Origin: an uncultured delta proteobacterium
Lineage (GTDB): Bacteria; Desulfobacterota; Binatia; DP-6
Length of the DNA stretch: 64,000 nucleotides
Reading direction: 5' to 3'
Assembly: GCA_963815115.1 (NCBI GenBank)
Contig: CAWFFN010000005.1
Span: 1,472,001 to 1,536,000 of the forward strand
Numbering within the stretch: position 1 is the first letter of the stretch; every line of letters begins with the position of its first letter. Position numbers and translations under genes: made by a program. This document shows positions 11,193-20,950 of the stretch, one piece after another. Under the pieces are notes generated by a model. That model had not been told where the DNA came from and did no database searches. It was given only the letters and a program-made list of their open reading frames with translations.

Positions 11193-13585
11193 TCACGCCG
11201 CAAAGTAGTAGGAATAGCTCTGGTAGGCGCTGCTGGTGGGATCGGCGGCGTTCAGCACGACGCCGATGACGTTGCCCTGCATGAAGCGCAGGCGTTCCAG
11301 GGCCTCGCGGGTGATGTCGCGCGCGGTACGATGGCAGCGCACGACCAGGACGACCCCGTCCACCCGCGGAGCCAGGATGGCCGAGTCGGTGATCGGGAAC
11401 ACCGGCGGGGAGTCGATCAGGACGAGGTCGTAGGCCTCGAGGAGGCTCTGCAGCAGCTCGTCCATCTGCGGCGTCGCCAGCAGTGACGACGGATCGGGGA
11501 CCGACCGCCCCGCTTGCAGCAGGTGCAGCTCGGGGCCCGTCCACCCGGCCTGCGGCGCCGCGACGCGGGTGTTTTGCACCGCGAGGCGCTGGATGGCCTG
11601 CGGCAGGCGCACGACGCCGCGCAGGACGTCGGAGAGACCGGGACCGGCTTTCACGCCGAGCGTCCGGTGGCAGCGCGCGTGGCGCATGTCGGCGTCGACC
11701 ACCACCACGCGCCGGGAGAGCTGGGCGAAGGAGACCGCGAGGTTGATGGTGGTGGCGGTCTTGCCCTCGCGGGGCTGGCTGCTGGTCACGAGGAGCGAGC
11801 GTGGCGGACTCTGAGGATTGAACGAGAGCACACTGGTCCGGATGCTGCGGAACGCCTCGGCGGTCGGGGTTGCTCCGAGCAGCCGCCGCCGGGAACGGGC
11901 GCGGCTGCTCCGCGGCCATCTCCGGGCCAACGCCGGCATGCGCAGCACGCCATTCGATATCCGGAGCACGGCCGGCGAAATGCGCAGCACGCCCGACGGG
12001 ATGCGCAGGGCAGGGCCCGTGAGGCGCTCATAGTCGGGCACGACCCCCAGCGTCGGCAGCTCGAGATCGTGGCGCACATCGTCCGGCGTCTTGAGCGAGC
12101 TGTCGACGTTCTCCAGCCCGAAGACGAGCGCCAGCCCGAGGCCGGCGCCGAAGAGCAGCCCGAAGGCCAGATTGAAGGGAGTGTTCGGCTCGGAGGGAAC
12201 CGTCGGGAGCTCCGCGGGATCGATCACCGTCGCGTTCGAGAGCTGCGCGCCCTTCACGACGTCGGTCTCCTGGAGGCGCTGGAGCAGCGTCGCGTGAAGC
12301 GCGCGCGTCGTGTTGACGGCTTGATCGAGCCGGATGTACTGCCCCGAGAGCTCCTTCAGATTCAGGACCGTGTCCTGCTGGGCGTTGAACTGCTCGCGGA
12401 GCCCCTGCTCCTTCGCCTGGGCGGCGAGATACGTCGACTGGATGCCACCGACGGCGCGCGAGACCTCACGCGCGAGGCGGCCCTGCGCGCGCTTGAGCTG
12501 TGCGTCGATCTCCTTCACCTGCGGGCTGCTCGGGATGTAGATCTGCGCCTGCTCGGCGTAGCGCACCTCGAGCCGGCTCACCTCCTGCTTGAGCCCCTGG
12601 ATCAGCGGATTGGTGAGCACGCTGGGCAGCGAATCGCTCTCGCGCTTCTGCACCAGGCGGTACTCGGCCTCCGCGGCGATTCGCGCGGCCTCGGCGTCGG
12701 TCACGCGCCGGCCGAGATCGGTGAGCCGCTCGACGATCGCGTTCTCGCGATCGTCGAGCGAGACGACGGCGTGCTGCCGCTGGAAGTCGCTGAGGGCGCG
12801 CTCCGCCTCCGCCAGCTCGCGCTCCACGCGGGCGATCTCGGTCTGGAGGAAGTCCCGTGCCTCCCCGGTGAGCTGGAACTTCGACCGCAGGCCCTGGAGG
12901 ATGTAGCCGCGCGCGTGCGCGTTGGCGACGCGCTGCGAGAGGCCGGCGCTGGGACTGGTGAAGCTGACCTCGATGAGGCGCGAGTTGGTGATGGGCTTCA
13001 CTTCGAGCCAGTGGCCGTACTGCCCGATCAGCCCGGACAAACGCCCTCGTTGACCGCCTCCCCGGCCTTCTCCTTCGGCTTTTCCTTGCCCGCGGGCAGC
13101 AGGTAGCTGAGCGGAGACAGCAGGGTCCCGATCCCCGTGCGGACTGCGCTCATCACGCCCCGGCCGCCTTTCTTGATCCCGGTGAACGCCGCGTCGTCTT
13201 CGAGCCCGAGCTCGCGGATCATGTGGGCGGCGAGGGAGCGGCTCTCGAGGAACTTCACCTGATCCTGGAAGTACTCGATGCCCTCGAAGTAGGCCGGTGG
13301 CGCGACCACCTGGGGAAGGTTGGTCACCTGCGGCGGCTGCGTGATCACGTGCAGAACCGCCCTGGCGGTCCATCGCCGGGGCGTGAACAGACTCACCAGC
13401 GCCATCACGACCAGGCCCGCGGCGGCCAGGCCCGCCACGAGATGCCAGCGTCGCCGCAGCATCGCGAGCATGTCGCGCAGCTGGGACTCGCGCGCGCGTG
13501 GCGACGGTCGGGGAAGTCCGCCCGCGGACGGGTACACCACGAAGGCGCCCGGCGGCGCCGGGGGGACGACGTCGAGCCGGCGCAT
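11193..13585 (-). CDS. wzc: Polysaccharide co-polymerase/tyrosine autokinase, frameshift near 13030
   Basis: N-terminal TM, coiled coils, EAFRSIRT, Walker A SSQPREGKT, DADMR, LIDSPP, C-terminal Tyr cluster AYQSYSYYF. Confidence 0.93.
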
Positions 13586-13586
13586 G

Positions 13587-14750
13587 TCAGAACGCCGTGA
13601 ACGACAGGCCCGCGCCGACGCGGACCACGTTGGTGAGGAACCAGTAGCCGGAGTACGGCACCATCTTCGCCGTCGAGGCCGGCACCGAGACCACGTCGCC
13701 GGCCTGGAGCGTGAGGTCCTGCGCCTGCGCTTTGCGGACGGCGTCCACGTCGACGTCGATGTGCTTCTTGGTGCCGCCGGGCTCGGTCCGCCAGACGACG
13801 ATGCTGTGCAGGTCGGCGGGATACATCGCGCCGCCGGCCGCGGTGAGGCCGCCCATCGCCGTCGTTCCGGGCGAGATGTCGTAGGCGCCCGGCGTTTTCA
13901 CCCAGCCGTCGACGTAGTAGCGCCCGACGTTCACCACCAGCGCATCGCCCCCGACGACTGGCAGGTTGAGCGGGCTCTCGTTCGGCGGCTGCCACTGACG
14001 GTTCAGATCGATCTCGATCGGCGTTCCGCCGGCGGCCGTACCGGGCGCGATGGGGAGCGACCGGGAGGCCGTGGAGCAGGCCCTGCCAGCGGCCGGGTAG
14101 AACTGGACGGTTCCGCCGGAGTGCTCGTTCATCCCCCCGGCCTCCGAGAGCAGGTCGGCGACGGTGCGGGTCTGGCGCGTGAGACCGATGAGCCCCGGCC
14201 GCGCGACTGCTCCGGTGACGGATACCTGCTGGCTCACGTGCTCCGTGACGAATAGGCTCACCTGCGGGTCGCGCAGCAGCGTCTGTCCCAGCCGCTGCTT
14301 GATGCGATCACCGAGCTGGTCCTCGGTGAGACCGGCTGCCTGGATGGTGCCCAGGTGGGGCAGCGTGATGGTGCCGCCCGGCGAGACGCGCGCATGCAAC
14401 GCCTGGATCTCGTCGACCCGGGGCACGCTCACCTCCAGCAGATCGCCGGGGCCGAGACAGAACGCGCTCTCGGCCGCTACGCTGCGCTCGGCCCACAGCG
14501 CGTGGACGCGCGTGTCCTGAGACGCCGCGGCGTGAGACTGAGACACGGCGCCCTGAGACACCGGGGATCCGGCAGGCTGCTCGGCGGCCTGCGGCACCGT
14601 CGGGATTTGATTCGCGTCGGGTACGTGGGGGCTGCGACTTGCGCATCCGTCCAACGCGAGCACGAGAAACGCTGCCCCCGCGATCGAGACTATCTGTTTG
14701 TTCGTCATCGTGTGTCGCGCCTCCCGGTGCTGGGCTGCTGCCGCCATCAA
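13587..14750 (-). CDS. wza: Polysaccharide export lipoprotein (Poly_export + SLBB)
   Basis: Lipoprotein-like signal ending in GC; LGPGDLLEV, G.ITLP.LG.IQAAGLT, V.GAVARPG; true start may be 14709. Confidence 0.9.
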   Translation of the reverse strand: MMAAAAQHREARHTMTNKQIVSIAGAAFLVLALDGCASRSPHVPDANQIPTVPQAAEQPAGSPVSQGAVSQSHAAASQDTRVHALWAERSVAAESAFCLGPGDLLEVSVPRVDEIQALHARVSPGGTITLPHLGTIQAAGLTEDQLGDRIKQRLGQTLLRDPQVSLFVTEHVSQQVSVTGAVARPGLIGLTRQTRTVADLLSEAGGMNEHSGGTVQFYPAAGRACSTASRSLPIAPGTAAGGTPIEIDLNRQWQPPNESPLNLPVVGGDALVVNVGRYYVDGWVKTPGAYDISPGTTAMGGLTAAGGAMYPADLHSIVVWRTEPGGTKKHIDVDVDAVRKAQAQDLTLQAGDVVSVPASTAKMVPYSGYWFLTNVVRVGAGLSFTAF

Positions 14751-14857
14751 GCACGATGCATGCCGCGGGCTCGACGGCGGCAGGCACGTCAGTTGCTTTC
14801 GTCGATGCTGCGCGCGTCGACGACACGAAGAAGGTCCGCACGAAGAGGGTCCGATAG

Positions 14858-16829
14858 ATGAACATGCCCAGTTCGCCGGTCGCCGTCCCGGCCCTCCTCT
14901 CCGACGCGGGCGCCGGGCGGCGACCGGCCAGCGTGTTCCTGCGGCGCCTGGTCGTCGAGCACCGGCGCGTGGGCCTCGCCGTCGCCGGGATAGGTATCGC
15001 GGCGGGATCCTACGTGAGCGCCCTGGCGCTGCGATTCGACCTCTCGCTACCCCCCGAAGTCCTGCCCCTCCTCCTGTCGACCCTCCCGACGCTCGTGCTC
15101 TGCAAGGTGCTCGGCTTCTGGATGGCAGGGCTCCTGTCCGGCTGGTGGCGCCACGTGAGCCTGCGAGACGTCGTCGACATCGTGCGGGGGAATGCGGTGG
15201 GATCGCTCCTGTTCTTGCTGGCCATCGTGTTCGGCCCCGGACTGGAGGGCTTTCCCCGCTCGGTCTTCGTGATCGACCTTCTCATCTGCACGATCGTCAT
15301 GGCCGGACTTCGCGTCGGGGTGCGTGTCGTCCGGGAGCGCAACGGGCGCCACGCAGTCCGGCGCATCGACACGCTCGCCCTCATCGTCGGGGCCGGGACG
15401 ACCGGCATCCGACTCCTCGAGGAAATTGAGAGCCGCACGCGCCACGGGATGGCCGTGCTCGGATTCGTAGATGACGACCCGAGCAAGCGGGGAACTCGAA
15501 TCGCGGGCGCAGAGGTGCTGGGCACGATCGACGACCTCCCCCGGCTCCTAGGGGCGCGCGAGGTGCACGAGGTGCTAGTGGCCATCCCGTCGGCCCCCGG
15601 GGCCGTGATGCGCCGCATTGCGCAGCATTGTGCGGAGGCGCGGGTGCGGCATCGTGTGGTGCCCTCGCTCGCCGAGCTGGTCGAAGGTCGCGTGATGTTC
15701 ACCCAGGTACGCGATGTGAAGCTGGACGACTTGCTCGCCCGCGAGCCCGTGCGATTCGACCTGCCGGAGGTGCGGTCGTTGATCGCAGATCGTACCGTCC
15801 TGGTGACGGGTGCCGCCGGCTCCATCGGCTCTGAGCTGTGCCGGCAGGTGGCCGCACACGGACCGGCGCGGCTCGTCCTGTTCGACCGCCACGAGAACGG
15901 GATGTTTCTCCTCGAGGGCGAGCTGCGCGATCGCTTCCCGGCCGTGGAGATCGCGCCGGTGCTCGGCGACCTCCTGCTCGAGGATCAAGTGGAGGCGGCA
16001 TTCGCGTCGCACCGGCCGGCGCTCGTCTTCCACGCCGCCGCGTACAAGCACGTGCCGCTCGATGGAGTGAACGTGCTGCAGGCGGTGCACAACAACGTGT
16101 TCGGCACGCGAACATTGTGAAGGCGGCGGCGGAGCACGGCGCGAAGTTCGTGCTGGTGTAGACCGACAAGGCGGTGAGGCCGAGCCAGCGTGATGGGCGT
16201 CACCAAGCGGCTCGCCGAGCGGATCGTCGCTCTCGCGAACGGCAGGCCGTATCGGTTCGTGGTGGTGCGCTTCGGGAACGTGCTGGGGAGAACGGCAGCG
16301 TGGTGCCGCTGTTCTCGGAGCAGATCGCGGACGGCGGCCCGGTGACCGTCACGCACCCGGATCACCCGGTACTTCATGACCATCCCCGAGGCGTGCAATT
16401 GATCCTGGAGGCGCATCGGCCCGCGAGCCGGGCGCCACCTACCTCCTGGAGATGGGCAGCCCGGTACGCATCGCCGACCTGGCACGCCAGATGATCCGTC
16501 TGTCAGGATTGGAGCCGGACGAAGACATCGCCATCGTGTTCACCGGACTACGGCCCGGTGAGAAGCTCGAGGAGGAGCTGGTCGACGAGGGCGAACGCGT
16601 CATGACGACGGTGCATGACCGCCTTCGGGTGGTGCACGGGCCGCGGCACGTCCTTCCGCCCGGGTGGCTCGGGGGGTTGCAGCTCTGCCTGCGCCGCGGC
16701 GACACCGCGGGCGCGCTCCGCCTGCTGCAGCAAGCCGTGCCAGGGTACACCCCGAGCCCCCAGGCGCTTGCCAGCGCCGGTGGTTGGTCGCAGCGGCCGC
16801 TGTCCAGCGCAGCCGAGACGGCGGCGTGA
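14858..16829 (+). CDS. CapD/PglF-like nucleoside-diphosphate sugar 4,6-dehydratase, frameshifts 16100-16450
   Basis: 4 TM + CoA-binding-like domain, VTGAAGSIGSELCRQ, FHAAAYKHVP, TDKAV.P.SVMG.TK, VRFGNVLG, GLRPGEKL.EEL. Confidence 0.93.
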
Positions 16830-17437
16830 CGCGGTTCGGTCACATGGCGCGAGACCGGCTGGCGGCAGTGGCGCTGGCTGCGGCCTACACGACGCTCGCG
16901 GTTGGCCGCGTGGCCGGGACTGCGGTCCCCGGGCGCGCGCTGCCCACGGCACTCCTCGCGGCGCAGGAGCTGCTGGTCGCCGGGTTGCTGCTCGCGCGGC
17001 GGTCGTCGCGCGCCGAGTCGCTGCGACGGAGCGACCGCCTCGTTGCAGCTGCGGCGCTTCTCGTGCCGCTCGGCCTCCACGCGCCGGGGTATGATGTTGC
17101 GAACGTTTCCCCCGCGCTCGAGCTTGCAGGCCTGCTGCTCGCGCTGCTCGCGACCGCCACCCTGGGTCGGCATCTCGGAGTTCTGCCCGCGGTGCGCGGC
17201 ATCACGACGCGGGGCGCATACGCGGTGGTGCGGCACCCGATGTATGCCGCCTACATGCTGCTGTTCGTCGCCTATGTGGCGGGGGAACCAAGCGCCCACA
17301 ACGCCACCCTCGCGATTGCGGCGTGTGCTTTGCTGGTGGTGCGGTTGCGAACCGAGGAGGCGGTGCTGGGGCGGTACGTCGACTATCAGGCGTACACCCG
17401 GCGCGTGCCCTGGCGTCTCGTACCCGGATGTTACTGA
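16826..17437 (+). CDS. Isoprenylcysteine carboxyl methyltransferase (ICMT/PEMT)-like membrane protein
   Basis: GTGA overlap with upstream stop; TRGAYAVVRHPMY...EE..L...Y..Y...V.WRLVP motif. Confidence 0.8.
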   Translation: MTRFGHMARDRLAAVALAAAYTTLAVGRVAGTAVPGRALPTALLAAQELLVAGLLLARRSSRAESLRRSDRLVAAAALLVPLGLHAPGYDVANVSPALELAGLLLALLATATLGRHLGVLPAVRGITTRGAYAVVRHPMYAAYMLLFVAYVAGEPSAHNATLAIAACALLVVRLRTEEAVLGRYVDYQAYTRRVPWRLVPGCY

Positions 17438-17572
17438 ACCGGAGCAGGACCGGCGGGTGGTGACGATATGGCGGAGGCGCGTCATCAGACGATCGTCGAA
17501 CCTTCGCCTTCTGTAGGAAGGGGGCGCCAAGGCGAGCGCCGTCGGCTGCCGCTGCCGGGTCGCGAGTTGGCG

Positions 17573-18997
17573 ATGGGGGAACGACGCATCCACCCGGTTG
17601 TGTTGTGCGGCGGGTCCGGAACACGACTGTGGCCACTGTCCCGCGCGTTGTACCCGAAGCAGCTCTTGGCGCTCGCTTCTGAGCGGACGCTCTTTCAGGA
17701 CACGATCCTGCGGACGGCGGATACCACGCGCTTCGCGCCACCACTGGTGGTGGGAAACCAGGAGCACCGTTTCATCCTGGCCGAGCAGCTCCGTCAGCTC
17801 GGGATCGCCTCCCGGGCGCTCGTCGTCGAGCCCGTCGGCCGCAACACGGCACCGGCGGCGGCGGTTGCTGCGATGCTCCTCACCCAGCACGAACCCGACG
17901 CGCTGATGCTGGTCATGCCCGCAGACCACGTGATCGCCGACGGCGACGCCTTCGGCGAAGCCGTGGGACGCGCGCTGCTCGCCGCGGCCGGCGGTCGGCT
18001 GGTCACGTTCGGCATCGAGCCCGCGGTGCCGCACACGGGCTACGGCTACATCCGTAAGGGTGCCCCGCTCCCCGAGCTGCCGGGGTGCTTCGATCTCGAT
18101 CATTTCGTGGAAAAGCCCGACGCTGGTACCGCGAAGGCGTGGGTCGACCGTCGAGCATACCTGTGGAACAGCGGCATCTTCCTCCTTCCGGCGGCCTGGT
18201 ATCTCGAGGAGATCGAGCGCCGCCAGCCGGCGATCGTCGACGCGTGCCGGCGCGCGCTCGCCGAGGGCGACCGCGACCCGTCCTTCCTGCGACTCGACGC
18301 CGAATCCTTTGCGGCGTCACCGTCCGTCTCGATCGACTACGCGGTGATGGAAGACCTGGAAGGCGGAGTCGTGGTTCCCGTCAGCATGGGGTGGAACGAC
18401 GTGGGGTCCTGGTCGGCGCTCTGGGAGATCAGCGGCAAGGACGCGGCCGGCAACGCCATGCACGGCAATGTCATCGCAGTGGACGTGGCGGACTCGCTCC
18501 TGCGGACCGAGGGCCCGGCGATTGCGGCTCTGGGCCTGCGAGACGTCGTGCTCGTGGCCACCAAGGATGCCGTGCTCGCCGCGTCACGCGAGCGCGCAGA
18601 GGATGTGCGCGAGGTGGTCGAGCAACTCCGCCGCGGTGGGCGGGGCGAGCACGTGGCGCACACTGTCGTCTACCGGCCCTGGGGGTCGTACGAGACCACC
18701 GACCACGGCCCCCGCTTTCGCGTCAAGCGGCTCGTCGTGATCCCGGGGCAGAAGCTCTCGCTCCAGATGCACTATCATCGCGCGGAGCACTGGGTCGTCG
18801 TACAGGGGACGGCCAAGGTGGAGCGCAACGGCGAGGCGCTGCTCCTCGGCGAGAACGAGTCGACCTACATCCCCGCGGGTACCTCGCACCGGCTCGAGAA
18901 TCCCGGCCGCATCCCGCTCCACCTGGTCGAGGTGCAGACCGGCCCGTACCTGGAGGAGGACGACATCGTGCGGTTCGAGGACGCGTACGGACGCTAG
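17573..18997 (+). CDS. manC: Mannose-1-phosphate guanylyltransferase/mannose-6-phosphate isomerase
   Basis: PVVLCGGSGTRLWPLSR..YPKQ, EPVGRNTAPA, FVEKP, WNDVGSW; cupin SLQMHYHRAEHW. Confidence 0.97.
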   Translation: MGERRIHPVVLCGGSGTRLWPLSRALYPKQLLALASERTLFQDTILRTADTTRFAPPLVVGNQEHRFILAEQLRQLGIASRALVVEPVGRNTAPAAAVAAMLLTQHEPDALMLVMPADHVIADGDAFGEAVGRALLAAAGGRLVTFGIEPAVPHTGYGYIRKGAPLPELPGCFDLDHFVEKPDAGTAKAWVDRRAYLWNSGIFLLPAAWYLEEIERRQPAIVDACRRALAEGDRDPSFLRLDAESFAASPSVSIDYAVMEDLEGGVVVPVSMGWNDVGSWSALWEISGKDAAGNAMHGNVIAVDVADSLLRTEGPAIAALGLRDVVLVATKDAVLAASRERAEDVREVVEQLRRGGRGEHVAHTVVYRPWGSYETTDHGPRFRVKRLVVIPGQKLSLQMHYHRAEHWVVVQGTAKVERNGEALLLGENESTYIPAGTSHRLENPGRIPLHLVEVQTGPYLEEDDIVRFEDAYGR

Positions 18998-19009
18998 GGT
19001 ACTCGTTCG

Positions 19010-19219
19010 GTGGTGGACGAGCTCTACCTCGCACTTCCCCCACGGCAGATGGCGCGACGGCGAGGGGGAAGTGACATTCGCTTCGATCAGCCGGGGGCGA
19101 CCATCGTGCGCGTTCGCGCGACCGACCGCGGCGGTCGCACGCAGCCCGGAAGCCCCGAGTGGAACCGACTCGGCTACGGGAGCAACTCCATCGGGGACGT
19201 GCCGATTCAGGTCCGGTAG
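19010..19219 (+). pseudogene. 3' remnant of a sulfite oxidase-family molybdoenzyme (dimerisation domain end)
   Basis: VRVRATDRGGRTQP...WNRLGYGSNSI C-terminal signature with no upstream catalytic domain. Confidence 0.65.
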
Positions 19220-19613
19220 GCGCTGGCTTGGGTCGCTCGGCTGCCCGGCGAGGTCCGCTCGAGCGGATGGCCAGGTCAGTCGCCTGCCGTGCGGCCGAGG
19301 CGCTCTGGCTACCGACCACCTCGTGACGATCGAGCGCGCCGTGCGCGACATCAGCTACACGCTCGGGTGGCTGCGCACCGAGGAGAACAACTACCTCGCC
19401 GTACCGCCGGCGCGCGCACCCTGCCGCGGCGCTGCCAGGAGGTCCTCGGATACGCGGTGCACGACGCCCTGCCGCGGAACGGTGGCCCTCGCTTCGGTGC
19501 CTGCGGGTGCGGGGTGGGGGTGCGCTGCCAAAGAGTTGCATCAGTACGACTCTGAGAGACGCCGCCAGGCGCGCTGGTCGCTCGCGCGACGCGGGCGCTC
19601 TGTGGGGGCCACG

Positions 19614-20825
19614 ATGACGACACGCGCCATGCTCGTGCTCACGGTTGCACTCGCTGCGATCGCGGTCGCCGCGGACTACGAGAAGCCCCCGGTCCTGTCG
19701 GCAAAGGACATCGTGCCCTCGGCGATCCTCGCCGGGAAGGGCTACAGGATCGACGACAAGGTCCCGACTGACGGGCTGCTCGGTCGGTACACCATCCGCT
19801 CCGCCGCCGGCACGTTTCCCGCCCACGGTCTCGAGATGCTCGCGGTGCGGGTCACCGAGCTACCCGCGATCCAGCACCTCAAGGGTGTCAGCCACAGCAA
19901 GGTCTTCCTCACGGCCGCCCGCAACGCCGCCGAGAAGCCGGTCAAGGCGGCCGTCAACATGGTGACCCACCCGAAGGAGACGGTGCAGGGACTTCCCGCC
20001 GGAGTCGGGCGCTTCTTCGATCGCGTCCAGTCGGGTGCGAACCGGCTGGCCGAAGCCGCGTCGAGCCCCGGATCGGGCGAGGACCGCGCCGGCGCCATCC
20101 TCAAGGGTGGCGGAACGGCCGCGCGCGACGCGCTCGGATACGAGCAGGAGCGGCGCTCGCTCGCCAAGGAGCTGAAAGTCGATCCGTACACGAGCAACTC
20201 CGTCCTCGCGAAGCAGCTCGACGACGTGGCGTGGGCATCGTTCTCCGGACGCCTGGGCACGAACGTGGTCATGGCGGTCGTGGTTCCGGGCTCGATCGCC
20301 ATCAGCGCGACGTCCTTCACGAACGACCTCGTCTGGGACACGCCGCGGGGCGATCTGATCGTGCGCAACGAGACCGCCCTGAAGGACCTCCAGGTTCCCG
20401 AGGCACCCGCGCGCGCGTTCATGAAGAACGCGGCGATCCCCTTGAGCGTCAAGACCGACCTGGTGCAGGGCCTGGAGAAACTCGGCGACGTCAAGGGCCG
20501 CGCGAAGGTGGTTACGCTCGCCGCGACCGCACGCTCGGAGGAGCAGGCGCGCTTCCTTGTCACCGCCGTTCGCCTGCTCGGGAAGGCACACGCACTGGAC
20601 GAGGTGACGGCGACCGGCACGGTCGTCGGCCGGGAGAAGGGCGGTGGCATCGTCGTCCCTGCGCCGGTCGACTACGTGTCGTGGACCGAGCGTGTGGCGC
20701 GCTTCGCCAATCGCGCCGACCTGAAGGCGTCGGAGCGCAGCATCTGGCTCACGGGAAAGATGTCGCCGCGGGCCCGACGGGAATTCGAAGCGCTCGGCTG
20801 GAAGGTGAACGAGGACGTGCGATAG
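19614..20825 (+). CDS. Exported hypothetical protein
   Basis: Signal peptide MTTRAMLVLTVALAAIAVAA; strong GC3 codon bias; no recognised catalytic motif. Confidence 0.8.
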   Translation: MTTRAMLVLTVALAAIAVAADYEKPPVLSAKDIVPSAILAGKGYRIDDKVPTDGLLGRYTIRSAAGTFPAHGLEMLAVRVTELPAIQHLKGVSHSKVFLTAARNAAEKPVKAAVNMVTHPKETVQGLPAGVGRFFDRVQSGANRLAEAASSPGSGEDRAGAILKGGGTAARDALGYEQERRSLAKELKVDPYTSNSVLAKQLDDVAWASFSGRLGTNVVMAVVVPGSIAISATSFTNDLVWDTPRGDLIVRNETALKDLQVPEAPARAFMKNAAIPLSVKTDLVQGLEKLGDVKGRAKVVTLAATARSEEQARFLVTAVRLLGKAHALDEVTATGTVVGREKGGGIVVPAPVDYVSWTERVARFANRADLKASERSIWLTGKMSPRARREFEALGWKVNEDVR

Positions 20826-20950
20826 CGGGTACGCCCCAGGTTCCCGACGTCGTGCCCGGTATCGGCAGCAACAAGGCGTCTGCGCGGGCGCATCGCTCAT
20901 CGGCGCTTTTCCTTGACCCGTCCCTTCGCGGTGTCTTAGCACCCTGAACA

